A stretch of DNA of 63,909 nt, filler included, from Choristocarpus tenellus KU-1152 (Eukaryota; Protista; Phaeophyceae), in assembly GCA_964200185.2 (NCBI GenBank). It is 13 parts of 13 records of this genome, joined end to end, with 100 filler letters (N's around TTAATTAATTAA, not from the genome) between each part and the next. Parts side by side here need not be neighbours in the genome. Positions count along the whole stretch, not along the records: positions 22,421 to 25,861 come from CAXNAD020020002.1; positions 25,962 to 30,018 come from CAXNAD020016441.1; positions 30,119 to 32,685 come from CAXNAD020026707.1; positions 32,786 to 41,125 come from CAXNAD020004835.1; 9 more parts are not named here. One strand, given 5' to 3'. The position numbers were made by a program, and so were the translations under genes. Numbering within the stretch: the first letter of the stretch is position 1; the number at the start of each line of letters is the position of its first letter. Positions 22,680 through 35,923 of the stretch are shown here, piece by piece. The notes beneath the pieces were generated by a model, which made no database searches, was not told where the DNA came from, and saw nothing but the letters and a program-made list of their open reading frames with translations.

Positions 22680-23931
22680 CTTCGCCCCCAGAGCCTCCAA
22701 CACTCCCTTCACCACCATCATCAGCTTGTCAGTGCCCCCAGTGGCATAACAACCTCCGACGTGCTGTCTCGCCTCCCTACAGCCTACCTCTGGAGGAGCA
22801 GATAGCTCGTCGTTGCCATCGGTGCTCCGGTAGGTGATGCAATCAAAAGGGTCAATACCCACCTGATTCCTCATACTCCTACTTTCGGCGATGCTCACAG
22901 AGTTGCTCACCACATCGCTGCTTGCAGGGCCTGCACTAGTGCCTGTTGGCAATGGCGCCATGTAGCGATTGTCATCCGACCCAGGAGCAGCAAAGGCGGG
23001 AGAAATATGGACTGAGTTTGTCGCCTGAGAGATGCCCGCAGCCACTGCAGAGGGATAGCGTTGAGAAACACGGGCACTCCCAAGTTCAATCAGGCGTGTT
23101 GATGATAGGTTGGAATTCCAGCGCCTATCCATCTCCTGATCGGGTTGGGGAAATAGGAGGGTTGGTTGAAGTTCTGTACTTTTTGGTATTGTCCATTTAT
23201 TGGTTTTGATGAGCTCAGTAGTATGGCACCCTATTCTTCATTCAAAAAAAAAAAAAACATCTCTCTTTGGTGCAATGGTACTATCTTCTGACCACGTGCT
23301 CATTCAGGTTATACAAAAAAAGATCTGTCATAATATTGATAGTATCAACCATGATAGTGAGGGTTAGGGTTGGTGTTAGGTACTGCTAGTAGGTACTTGA
23401 AGTACTAGTAGGTACTTGAAGTACTAGTAGGTACTTGAAGTACTTCCAAGCGAGAGAGAACTACTCACAAAAAAGAATAAGCACGGACCTACCAGTACCA
23501 CTAGAGTCCAAGAACAGCCCGTCTCCCATGAATGGATACTAAAATAGCAATAGTGGATAGCTAAGGAGGGGAACCAATAGTTGATTAAAAGAAGTGAGCC
23601 AATACAAATTTGTAGTTTGGTTCTAAGGAGACTTGAACCAACGCTGCAGTAATGAATACTCCAGAGGATACACTGTGCCTGCTGACATATCATGTTTTGG
23701 TTACGTGTTGGGGATTGCCATGTAGCAAAAACAAGAAACATAGTAAGGGGAAAGGACAAAAAACATAGTAGTAACTTATAGACAAACAAGACAATAGCAG
23801 TAAAGTATAGACATAGTAGTAAGTTATAGACAAACAAGACAATAACAGTAAAGTATAGACATAGTAGGAAGGTATAGACAAACAAGACATAGTAGGAAGG
23901 GATAGGCTACTAAAACATCAGACACACCAAC

Positions 23932-23971
<40 letters not shown>

Positions 23972-24820
23972 TACTACATGTAAAATAGTGGACTAGAAAT
24001 CTTTCTTCCTAGAGTGACTCTATCAACGCTGGCGAGAATTTATGTACCATAAAGGGGCAACAAGCTACAACAAACCCTAACCCTAATGCTTACGGATGCA
24101 CGTACAAAACATGAAAGTTACCCTAGGGTATGTACAGAGCAATACCAAAATGTGATATCATATACGCCTTCCACAGTGCAGAAACCCTTCCTGTTTTTCT
24201 CCCCTTTTTGTCTGTCAAAGTCAAAGTGTGCAAAAAATCCCGCCCCTAACCCAAATGCACTAACACCTAGCGTTCTGTGATACAACTCCATCATATAGAT
24301 CAAAATACAATTCCATCATATAGATCAAACTATAATTCCATCATACAGATCAAACTATAATACCATCATATAGATCAAAATACAATTCCATCATATAGAT
24401 CAAACTATAATTCCATCATATAGATCAAAATATAATTCCATCATATAGATCAATCGTATGTGACACCTCGCCTTCTATAAACCCAAGCACCTTCCAACAA
24501 GAAATGTATATAAAGTCTTGAACATAGCTCCAACTACAACACCCTAACCTCAACCCTAACCCTAACCCTAACCCTAACCAAATTGTAACCTTTAAGTCCA
24601 ACAAGAACCTATTACCCCCTTACTCCTAACCACGAAGACACACTGCCAACCCCAACCCTAACCCTAGCACTACCCCCAAACTATGAAATAAATAGCACAA
24701 TACCGAACCTGAAACAAGTCATCCTGGACAGTAGAAGAGGAACTATCACACCTCCTTCTGCTGTCTACACGGGTGACTTTCCTCAGGAAGTGGTGCTTGC
24801 TAACCTCCTTCATTGTCATC
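22680..24820 (-). CDS. Two exons (24709-24820, 22680-23135) of a probable Ser/Thr protein kinase C-terminal region
   Basis: RMTMKEVSKHHFL resembles kinase subdomain XI; phase-0 GT-AG join to a 152-codon exon ending LMMVVKGVLEALGAK (KA1-like start). Confidence 0.55.
24281..24454. repeat. 25-bp intronic minisatellite, 7 copies
   Basis: TA(C/T)AATTCCATCATATAGATCAAA(A/C) repeated. Confidence 0.92.
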
Positions 24821-25577
24821 CTGCATGCATAAAGGAAAAGGGGAGTAGAGGTGATAAATACAAAACTCACACATACTCCAATTATCATTCCTCAAACCAC
24901 ATTTATTAATACACCACATACATAAATATAGGTATGGACTCCACTTCTCATATTTCAAAGTACACAAACACACACATACACATATATATATGTATCTACT
25001 GATGGATAAAAAAAATAGACTCGCCAGTACGTGTACATCACTAAACCCCCCCAATATATTAATATATAAAATATATAAAATAAAGAATGCTGAGATCTAG
25101 GACTAGGATCGATTTATGACCATGATGTAACAGTTTCACTCCAGAGGTATATTGTGCAGGTGGTACAATTTGGTGAAGTTTTGAAAATATTGTTCTGCTC
25201 AAGAGGGACTGTGTTGGAGTTCAACAAGGGAGTACATTTACAATTCAAGCAATACACTGCAGGCAGGTTTAGGGTTTGATTTAGGGTCCATCTGAATCTT
25301 AGTTGAATTAAGAAAATATGTACATGGTACAAAATGTGTGAGATATATATGTATATATATGTACCTATATATGTATCTATATATGTATCTATGGAGTATA
25401 TATACGCTGCATATATTCTTCATTACAAATATTCAATTTACCTCAGCATAATAAGGTTAGGTTTTAAAGGTCAACTCTAGGAAAGTGGAACAAATCAAGA
25501 AACCAACATACATATATATATACATAATAAAAATTGTCAGGATGTACATACAATTGCCGAGAAAAGTAAGTCCCTTG

Positions 25578-25608
<31 letters not shown>

Positions 25609-26199
25609 TGCTTATAATAAAAAGTGGACAGAGATTACCAACCCTAACCCAACTAGAGGAGTTGATTGTTCTTGGTATCAAACATGTCCAAAGTTGTCAA
25701 ATTGACCTACACTGGACGATTAAAGGTATACTAATATGCCATGACTGATGTTCCTTGGGTTCGGGTTAGGGCTCCCCACGTGTATGTGGGTGTGTGGGTG
25801 TGTGGGTGTGTGTGTGAGCGACCTGTAAGCAATTTTGTCAACAAAATTAACCCCCCTGTACNNNNNNNNNNNNNNNNNNNNNNNNNNNNNNNNNNNNNNN
25901 NNNNNTTAATTAATTAANNNNNNNNNNNNNNNNNNNNNNNNNNNNNNNNNNNNNNNNNNNNATCAACACATCCACCCCCAAACACCACAACACCACCTGA
26001 AATAGACAATCTACTGTCTTTACAATTAGCATAATCAGCATTGACTACTGTACTGGCAACCCTCTCCCACCTTTCCCCTTTTCCCCATCCCATCTCCCCT
26101 CATCCTACCCTCAGCAGGGGGATCACCGCTTCCCATCCTTTCTTCCATCCCCTCCACTCCCCTCCAGAAAACCTGGACATCCTACCGCTACAATCATGC

Positions 26200-27650
26200 C
26201 TGCCATAGGGGGTTCATACCCCAAGTGTCGCTTCTGCCCTTCACCAAGTCCAGACGGAGATCCTGGATCAAATAAACATCACCACTGTTAAAAATCTCCC
26301 TGGCAGATTTTGCACCGCCCACACCATCACCTTCATGCACACAGTACGTCTCCTCATACACAAAGTGACCGCCCCAAGCCCAGAGGGGGGGGACCCCAGC
26401 AGTTGGGGCTGACAGAGGTTGTCAGAGTGCAAGCTCCTTGACCTGGTCTCTAACCTTTTACTGGTCAATGACTAAAGTTCTCGAGGGAGGAATGGTTCAC
26501 CCGTTCAGTATCAGAGAACATCCAGGATTTGATTGAATGGCTACTGGAACAGTCACAGAGGACCAGCAGATGTCGGGAGACCCCAGAGATGCCCCAAAAT
26601 ACCACCAAGAATGGGCTGCAGCACTTGGTCACCACCATCGAGGTATCTCCAAGGGGGCAAATGTTCTCCAGCACTGCCCAGTCCAGTAGCCTGTGGATCT
26701 TTCCTTAGAAGGGTATGTGCTTCAGTCTTCTGTGCACACTGGCGCCACTACCTGGAGGAACATTTCAGAGGAATGGGGGAGTTTCGGATAGGTGTCCCAA
26801 ACGGGGTTGAGTGTGCCCTACTGGACATTCGCCTAAGGAACCAGTGTGGCAAATTGGTCATCAGCCTATATATAAAAAACACCTTCAACACTACACACCA
26901 CTCGGCATTCATCGAGGATAGCTCTCCCTGAGACCCTATCAGGACTCCTAGCCTACACATCAAAGGTGTATGGGGGCAACCGTGATCTTTTTTTCCCCCT
27001 GGATGATGGAGGGATGAAGATAATGCCATCAAGGTCAGGGACAAAACAAGGAGATCCCCCCTGGTCCCCTCCAATACTGCAAATGAAAAAACCTTAACAG
27101 TGGATCAAGTCTACCTTTGGACCCCAGGGGGTCTCTTCCCAAAGTATCCCTGGACACCTCACTCACTTTGACAAGGGAGGTAAACTGTGCATCTATACCT
27201 TCTTTTGAACAGCTGAAAACATATCTATATGAGGGAGGAAGAATCCTCAATATGGATAAGGAGTAAAAGCATCTTAGAGGGTAGAGCCACGTGCATTTGG
27301 GGGTCAAAATCCAACGTTGCAAATTTGATGTAATTTTGGCTATCGCGTTTGTTAGGAATTGTCGATATCCTTTTTCCGGACACATCTTTCATAACGTATA
27401 CATTTTACCTACTCCAAAACACTTCAGAGCAGGAAAATGTCATAACAAAACCCGCGGGAAACTAAGCCCAAAATGGACAAACAGGGCAAAACTCGTACCC
27501 TCCAAATTACTTTCACTCAAGACCTCCCCAGGGCCACCAGCCCGGGCCCGTCCAACTGGAACTCCTAGCCACAGTGGGAATCAACCTCACCCCAGACCCA
27601 AATGGTCTTGTCACAATAGGGGTCACAAATGCCACACCTGTGTGATACCT
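26200..27650 (+). mobile_element. CRE-like non-LTR retrotransposon reverse transcriptase, decayed, interrupted by a MITE
   Basis: PVACGSFLRRV, EFRIGVPNGVE, LYIKNTFN, GTKQGDPPGP and, after the MITE, LLATVGINL. Confidence 0.8.
27261..27518 (+). mobile_element. MITE family A, full-length
   Basis: Both TIRs present; AAG duplicated on both flanks. Confidence 0.93.
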
Positions 27651-28749
27651 GTTGTAGTGGAGTTGTTGATGAAGTTGTACCCTAAAATAACCTCCCTCAA
27701 ACAATAAAGATAAGGTGCAGACCAATTTTCTCATGTGCACTGTGTTTCTCTTGTAGACAACACTTCAAATGATAAAACAGAACAAATATGTTTTACTAAT
27801 ACTCTCTCTGCAATACATAAAGGTACTTTCACACCATACAAATAATAGTCATGCTTCCAAGGTTGTGAAAGGATGTATGTGAGTATACGATAGCAGGGAC
27901 GGCGAGTCCAATTTAAGAGCTTAGAGGGTAAATCAAGACAGTATGGTCAAGGCACTGTACCATTCCTACCATGCATGCCAATCAAGAATAAAGAAAAAAA
28001 AAACACCCATACATCAGAGGGCTTCATTCCCTTAAACAAGTAGACACCATATATCCTATGCATCCATTGGCAGATGACACACACACGCACATGTTCCACA
28101 TTCATATCAAATATCACCTGGAAAGGCTTTTACCCCAGCCCAATAAATACCCTCAATAGAAATACACAGCATGATACCTATGTATATGAAGTCATAGCAG
28201 CTAGTATATGCACCCTATTTCTCCAAACTGTACTTACCGGCCTCAGGATAATAGCCTGCTGTGTCCATTTCCCCATCCACCAATCCTCAGGACATGAGTT
28301 TCCCAACCACCTCCTCCCACCCATAGTCATTGTTTGTTCTTCCAGGCAGTCTTGACTATGCCTATGATGGGTGGAGAGAAGTATTGAATCGATTTTAACT
28401 TGTTTTGAAATCTGTCTATGTATCACGCACGCTTACACGTTACCATCCAAAAATGAACACACAAGAAGAAGAGCCAAGGACATCAGTCAAACAAGGGGCC
28501 AACCAGTGCCTCCTTGATCAAATTATGCAGAAACGTGGATGACATTTAGATTGCACAAAAAGAGTAATAGAATATAACGTATTGAATTAATACCTAAAAC
28601 CACCCTCATGACAGGTTCCAGTACTTTGGAGTAAATAGCAGTAACCATAAACAGCCTGTTCGTAGCTCGTCTCCCTTCAGATGCGATCATCACGTGCGTT
28701 GCTGCGAAAGAAATCATTCCACCATCATGACCTACTCCCTCCATCATGC

Positions 28750-29200
28750 TACCACTTCCGTTTTGAACCCACTTCATCTAACATCTTACATGCATTCACA
28801 CCTCAATGGGTATCGCTCCGCGCCAAGCAGATGGATAACACGTCGAATGGCAAAGGAAGTGTCCAAACTTGTCGTGTTGGTAAGCCTGCATTTCGCATAT
28901 CCCGTTGCACTGTCAACGGCTGTTGACTCTCACCGTTAACCACCGACAAGTCCGTTAACCACAACCCACGTATATCTCCATGGCTCACTTCCACCATCTC
29001 TTGCACCCTCGTGGCAAGGCAATGGAGGAAGTAAACAGGTCTCCCCCAAGCTGCCATAGGTGATCCCTGTTTTGCTGCGGCCAAGAGCTTTCCCCTTGTT
29101 ATATTACAGTCGGAAGTAATTGCCTGAAACTTCTCCCACAATGCCCTGTGATGAGACGCCTCACAACATACTTTCATGTTGACAGACACCCGCACCACAA
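28750..29200 (-). mobile_element. Decayed Copia-type gag (UBN2/gag_2-like)
   Basis: ALWEKFQAITSD..TRGKLLAAAKQGSP..YFLH.LATRVQEM..DIRGLWLTDL resembles the Copia gag helical pattern. Confidence 0.5.
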
Positions 29201-29686
29201 TTTGATCCCCACACGTGCTCCAGACCTTCCAGTCATAACTTGAGGCACTCGATGTTGTGACTAGTGATTTCTTCTTCCACATAAAGTGACACACAATCCG
29301 TACAACCGGTTGTGTCGTACTGGGGCATACCATCACCGGACAACATATCCTGACTTCTACACCATGGTGCGCAGGCATTGTAGTGATCGTGGGGAAGATC
29401 CTATCTGCATCTATCCTACCATTGCCATATTCTAGTGCCTACTTGCAAATCTTTGTAGGGATTAAGACATCCTTCGTAACAAATACAACGAGCTGGCCTG
29501 GATCGGGCGCATGGGTTCAACATGCTCGAATCCAATGTCCCATCTCAAATACAGTACTTTGTAACAAGTAATAGAGATACATCTACAACCAAATACAAAA
29601 CACAACCAATTTTGTTTTGCTCACGAATTCTGGATTATTATTATTGTTTTGCACATTCCTATTTTCTTTTTTCTCAATCCTCTATT

Positions 29687-30018
29687 CCCCATTTGATGAC
29701 CAACTAGTGCGAATGCCCTTCGTCACTGGTTGTCAGCCAACCCCATTTGATGACCAACCAGTGCGAATGCCCTTTGTCACTGGCTGCCAGCCATCCCCAT
29801 TGGATGACCAACCAGTGCGAATGCCCTTCGTTACTGGTTGCCAGCCATCCCCACATTTGGTGACCAACCTGTGCAAATGCCCTTTGTCACTGATTGCCCT
29901 CCATTCCATTTGATGACCAACCAGTGCGAATGCCCTTCGTCACTGGTTGCCAGCCACCCCCATTTGATGACCAACCAGTGCAAATGCCCTTCGTCGCTCG
30001 TTGCCGCACAACCCCAAA
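29687..30018. repeat. 54-bp tandem array of hairpin-forming units, at least 6 copies, truncated by contig end
   Basis: Unit CCCCATTTGATGAC-CAACCAGTG-CGAA-TGCCC-TTCG-T-CACTGGTTG-CCAGCCAT. Confidence 0.92.
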
Positions 30019-30118
30019 NNNNNNNNNNNNNNNNNNNNNNNNNNNNNNNNNNNNNNNNNNNNTTAATTAATTAANNNNNNNNNNNNNNNNNNNNNNNNNN
30101 NNNNNNNNNNNNNNNNNN

Positions 30119-30260
30119 ACCCCACTCAACCCCACACCAGTTACCACTCCAGTCAACCCCACACCAGTTACCACTTCAGTCAACCCCACCCCACTTACCA
30201 TTCCAGTCAACCCCACACCAGTTACCACTCCAGTCAATCCCACCCCAATTACCACTCCAC
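30119..30260. repeat. 27-bp minisatellite, about 5 copies
   Basis: CCAGTTACCACTCCAGTCAACCCCACA repeated. Confidence 0.88.
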
Positions 30261-30696
30261 CACACCATTCAACACCACTCAACAACCACTCCACAATAAT
30301 CCAAGAACCCCCTTTCATCATCCCCTTCATACCGTGCCTTTGAGCTAGAAGACATCTACCCCGCCCGAACTTGATCTCCCCTCCCACCCTGAGATCCAAG
30401 TCGTTCGTGAGCAAGCGACAGGGCGGGTGGGCAGGAAAGCTTGCTTGGGGGTCCTCTTGATCTAGCCTTCCTCATCTTGTCCCCCAGCTTCAGGTTTCCT
30501 CATTCGATTCAATACTGTTCATTACTTCTCCCCTTGTGCCCCCCCCCGTCTGCCACCTATTTTCTTAACCACTCAATCTTAACTCTTTGTTCCCTCCTTA
30601 ATACTTATATTTCTTTACTGTCCCCTTCCTTGCCCTGTGCCCCAACCAATCAGAATTCTTTCGCCCACAAAACTCAGATTACTTCATAAACTTTCC

Positions 30697-30752
30697 CATT
30701 GGATTTCGACCCCCAAATGGACGCAGCTCTACCCTCTAAGATAATTTGGCTC
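30697..30752 (-). mobile_element. MITE family A, terminal fragment
   Basis: CCCCCAAATGGACGCAGCTCTACCCTCTAAGATAATTTGGCTC. Confidence 0.8.
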
Positions 30753-31228
30753 AATGAAGATATCTCTATTGCTCTGGACGCTCTGCACCTCAACCAGGCG
30801 GAAAGTCGTCTGACGCTTTCATCAATGCAGCAAGAGTGTGGATCGGTTTGGGAGACAACAATGAAGTAGCCAATGCGATACTAGAGGATATGAAAGACCA
30901 ACTGCTCGAGAAATTCTTGTACCGGTCTGTCAATGGAAGCTCGGGTGACGAGGATGACGATGGGTGTATGGGAGGGGGCAGCACATCGGGGGTCGTGAGG
31001 AAAGGAGCAGCCTCTTCAGTGTTCTTGATTCCTCCACCGTCGTACTCTCAAGTAGCTTACGAGTTTGCAAACTTAGAAACAACCGTTGGAGAGTGCAGCA
31101 TGAACGATGTTTCGTACCATCTACGGCAAGCAAAGCTGGCTTGGCTCAGCGTAATCGGGGCAAGGGCAATCAAACAAGCGGACATTCGAGATTTTATTGT
31201 CAATCACGATTTTTTTTTCAGCGAATAA
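30753..31228 (+). mobile_element. C-terminal tail of a pogo/Tigger-like transposase
   Basis: Acidic linker, PPSY..F..LE, and terminal KQADIRDFI (PIP-box-like ending typical of pogo transposases). Confidence 0.55.
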
Positions 31229-32641
31229 GTTGTTTTTCTAAGCGCATGCAATGGGAGGTGCCTGGCGGTGCAACTACAAATTATCCATGGTGCTGTTTTT
31301 GATACTGTACTGTATATATATCCTTTTAGAGTGTAATTGAATACGTAGGGTAGGGTATCAGAGGGAGATTGGCTTTGAACGTTGATTTGATTTGAACTAC
31401 GAGTCGTCTGCCCAACCATCCAATGGCTTGTGGCTGCTTTTCTTGGCAAGGTGTACTATACATATGAGTGAATACATCATAATGAGTATAATTTTGCTCA
31501 AGTTACAGTACGGTATACATATGACACGGGTATATTGTGGAGGGGTGGTATAGATGTGGTGGTGCTTGCTGCACCACCACAGCTCCATTGAAATGGGCTC
31601 ACCGAGGGCAATGTTCAACACATACCTACATGTAACTACTCTTGAAGGCACATGGGAAGCACCTATAGCAAGGGCGTCGCTCTATCGTTGTTCGGGGACA
31701 AGTATAAAGAGCCAACGACCACTTTTGTTCGATATAAAATAGGTTTCTCTTATCACGATCCCTCGGATTAAGAGAAAATCACTCTTATACACAATAAGAG
31801 AGGATCAAGATAAAAGAGGGGATTTTTGCTTGCCCCTACCCTCTCTTGTATAGGTACACGGACGGTGTATAGGTATTGCTTGATGAAAACTGGAGGCAGA
31901 TGTGTATGTGTGGCTACTGTAATGCCGCCCCCAGTTCTTTTTATCTGTTTGTGTTATCATTTGCCCTCCTTGCCTCTATCTCTCTGCAGTTACTTGAGAT
32001 CTGAAAAAAGAACGTTCTGTATTTATTATTTTTTCAATGTTCTACTCCTAATAATATATGTAAAAAAGAGAAGTTCAGCTCATTGCATTCCAATTGAGGG
32101 CACAGCCTCAGTTACCCTACGAGGTGATAACACTTCATCTTGGAGGAGCAATGCTGAGGCTGATACGGCGCAAGATTCAAAGGAGGAGGTGGAGCAGCGA
32201 GAGATGGGGTGACTGGAGCCAATGCGCGAAAACCAAGGAATATGCGGAGACAGTGCAATTATTCGTAGAGCAACAGTTGGTGGCAGAAGTAGTTTGTCAA
32301 GGAAGCAAATAATAGTGCAATGTGTGGCACTTCTCAATATGGGTCGGGCTAGCCCCTATTTATAAACTGAAGTGAAGAAAATATATGGGGAGTAACACAC
32401 AACAAAAACATGTAACAATAACAACTACTCAGCCAACCTGACAGATTCATTTTGAGGATGTTTATAATCTAGTGTCCAAAAGGGTCACCAAAATACTCAA
32501 TCGCCACCTCTTCTCACGCCCAAAGTGCAATCCTTGCTTACTGACAAGGCTCTAAGATATTGCTACTAGTAGTTCTCGCTTGACACAAAACAATGGATAA
32601 CTGTACCTCTCCTCATACCACCCAGTCCCTTCTAACAGTCT

Positions 32642-32685
32642 GAGCCAAAGTATCTTAAAGGGTAGAGTCGCGTCCATTTGGGGGC
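32642..32685 (+). mobile_element. MITE family A, left end at contig break
   Basis: GAGCCAAAGTATCTTAAAGGGTAGAGTCGCGTCCATTTGGGGGC. Confidence 0.85.
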
Positions 32686-34811
32686 NNNNNNNNNNNNNNN
32701 NNNNNNNNNNNNNNNNNNNNNNNNNNNNNTTAATTAATTAANNNNNNNNNNNNNNNNNNNNNNNNNNNNNNNNNNNNNNNNNNNNTCTCACTCATAGGGT
32801 CCTGCTTAGACTGTCCCCCTTCGCAGCTATAAACACAAATTATTGGACATCAAGATGTCTCAGAGTCACAAACAAAAACAAGGTCCTGCCATATGAAGGC
32901 TTGCTCAACCAATAAACAAAGAACATACACATGAAGGACTCAGATAAATAGGGAGTGTCAGAGTAAGACTCTCCCCCCTCACAAGTATCAACACAAATGG
33001 ATATGGATGCAAAATTACAATAGCACTGAAATAGGGTGTTGTCATAGACTCTCCCCCCTAAGAACTAAACACAAACAACTATAGGACACCCACACAAATG
33101 CCTCACAGTCGCATAGAGGTGGGGTGCTGCCATGGAAAGGCTTACCTTTCCTAGGAACTATGAACATACAAACAAACAAGACAAGCGTCTTCCAATATCA
33201 TCAAAATAGGGAGTGTCATAGCAAGACTCTCCTGCTTCAGAGCTATCAACATAAACAAGTACAAGACACAAGCATAATCTTTCAACAAACACAGACAAAA
33301 TGTCTAGCAATAACATAAAAATCTAGAAGTCATAGCAAGACTTTTCACACTGGTTAGAGTGCGAAAAGGCAGACATGCTATTCGCCTGTAATAGTGGGCC
33401 CATACTATCCTAGAGGGGGGTCAAGCGTCCACTCGGGGCCTGTGTGAACTTGTAGTAATTGTCATGTCATCTGAGTGAACGTGCCAGATGTATGGGCAAT
33501 TTCCTTCATCTCAACACACCTTCCTTTTCCATTCCCCTTCCTAAACCAAATCCGAAGGAAAGTCACCAGCAAAACGGGAATCAAACTAGGGTGTTTTACA
33601 ACACCTCATCAAGTCCCCAATTGACAACCTGGGCTAACCCCCCCCCCCCCTCCCTTGAAGATACTTGTTACAAAACACTCCGCAAGCTTACCATGATGGG
33701 ATATGCAGCTCCAATCCATAAGAATGCATGTGGACCATGAAGCTCGTACAAGGCTCCATGATGCAAATGTCAAGTTTGCTGGATCTCTCACTTTGATGAT
33801 TCATTTCAGAAGTATCATCATCATCATATAAAGGAACTGGCAACAGTGTACAACCTCAATGGGGCATCATAGCGACTAAAAAATAAATAGTCAAGATGTA
33901 CAAATATGTATAATCTAGGACTTCAAGGGTCATAATGACGTTTATGAAACCACAATCACCACATAACCCTTGTAACATACTGTGGACCATGCTTAAATTT
34001 CTTGTAAAAATGAATCCTCCTTCAAAATCATTAGACGTAGTAACAGCAGCAACATATGAGAAGGAGAAGGACTGTTCTGTTGATCTGACGTCCTCTTAGT
34101 TGGCTCAAACAAAGAACATCTTTATTATCAATCTGGGGTTGATGGATGGTTTTCCTGCAAGAGCATATGCTCCATTATATGTCTCGGTTGAGACAGATAA
34201 TTTCATTTCATGGAAATCTTGTTTTGATGGCCCACTACTACATGGCAAGTACCTCGGACACTGCACTCTGTGATTGCTTCCTCCAGTGGACATTTCCTTG
34301 TGGACTACAACAAATATAATGTGTGGGAGCTTTATGAGGGCAATGCCGTTAGGTGAGTGTTCACCAAGAAATTGAAGGAAACTGGTTGTAGAAGCTTACT
34401 ATGCCTTCCCCTGTGATGTGAGTGCACCCTTAGAATCGCACCTCAGTCTGACTTGCAAAGCCTCACGGTGCACTCACTTACCTCATACCACTTCAAAGTG
34501 CATCACATCCTGCATCCCATATTGCAATACTATAAAGTATTTCTTCTGTGTACACTTTTTTGAACGCTGGTTGCAATTTGAGATTACATCCTTGAACATG
34601 CAAGAAAACAGTCTCCCCTACAGCTCATTAGAATATCAATTGTATATAGTATATAGCTCGATATATAGAGCACTCTGTGCAAGGAGTGGAATCTTATGTC
34701 AAATTATTTGAACACATAAAACATCACCAACCGTTTCCCTGAGAGTACTTGCTATGGAGCACATAGATAGTTGTATACAATATATACTCACGTGTACAAA
34801 GTAAGGTGTAG

Positions 34812-35005
34812 GTGAATAATGGTAGGTAATCAACGGGGTGCAGCTACATTCTAAGATGCTTGAACCATTCATTACATAGGTCCTATTTGGATGAACTCTG
34901 TTTTGGTCTCAGCTTCTCCCAGAGGATGTGAATAATGGTAGGTAATCAACGGGGTGCAGCTACATTCTAAGATGCTTGAACCATTCATTACATAGGTCCT
35001 ATTTG
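34812..35005. repeat. 78-bp perfect direct duplication (34812-34889, 34928-35005)
   Basis: GTGAATAATGGTAGGTAATC...TCCTATTTG occurs twice, 38 bp apart. Confidence 0.92.
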
Positions 35006-35661
35006 AACTCTCTCTGTATTGTTTAGTTATCTATTCCAGAGTATTAGTATTAGTAGTATTAGGAGGAGGAGGAGGAGGAGGAGGAGGAGCAGGGGCAGCA
35101 GCAGCAGCTATAGTAGTACTTGTTGTAGTTGTACTTCCTCAGTATCGAAACGAACAATTTACCCAGATATAAACATATTATGGACCAGAGCAATAGTATT
35201 TTTTGGTACAGGTTGTAAAGTAGTAGTACTACATACAAACAGTAATAGTTCAATAGATGGTGTGTGTAGCTTCAACTGGAATTACTCTACCTATTACTAT
35301 AGTTGTGTAGTGAATGACACCTCATATCTGTGAGTGTGCACACACCTGAGAAACCTAAGGTAGGGTCGATCAGTTGTATTGTGTGCTCTGCATCAATGAC
35401 GCCCTGAATAATAAACGTTACTATCTTGACTTCGACATCCGCTTGCTACATCACTTCCCCTCATCATTATTGCTCACTCCTCACGTACATAGAAGAATAA
35501 ATAGATCATCATAATTCCCTGTGCTGGCGACATGTAGCAGCCCTGGAACCAGAGCCCCCGTTGTCTCACAAAATATATTCCTTCTGACAAAACAAAAAAT
35601 AGGATGATGTCTCCAGGCTGACCAGCCCCTCTGACACCCACCCCCCACTTCATAGTTTTTT

Positions 35662-35923
35662 GAGTCAAAGTATCTTCGAGGGTAGAACCGCGTGCATTTG
35701 GGGCCAAAATCCATTGTTTCAATTTTGATGTAATTTTGGTCATCGTGTTTGTTGGGAAGTATCAATATCCATGTTCCGGGCACATCTTTTCATAACGTAC
35801 ACATTTTACCTACTCCGAAACATTTTGGAGTAGGTTAAATGTCATAAAAAAAAACAACATGGGAAGCCAAGTCCCAAATGGACAAACAGGGAAAAACTCG
35901 TACCCTCTAAGATACTTTCACTC
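35662..35923 (+). mobile_element. MITE family A, full-length
   Basis: Both TIRs present; collinear with 970-1227. Confidence 0.93.

Noticed and set aside
24281-24454. CRISPR-like or regulatory array
   Set aside because: Head-to-tail minisatellite without spacers inside an intron
27291-27707. ORFs recurring at MITE copies (e.g. ...RAKLVPSK...)
   Set aside because: Chance frames across a non-coding MITE; not conserved between copies
28900-29330. Beta-helix polysaccharide enzyme or viral gene in an alternative frame
   Set aside because: Multiple stops; the overlapping frame fits Copia gag better
29687-30018. CRISPR array
   Set aside because: Linkers are near-identical rather than unique spacers; no cas genes; eukaryotic context
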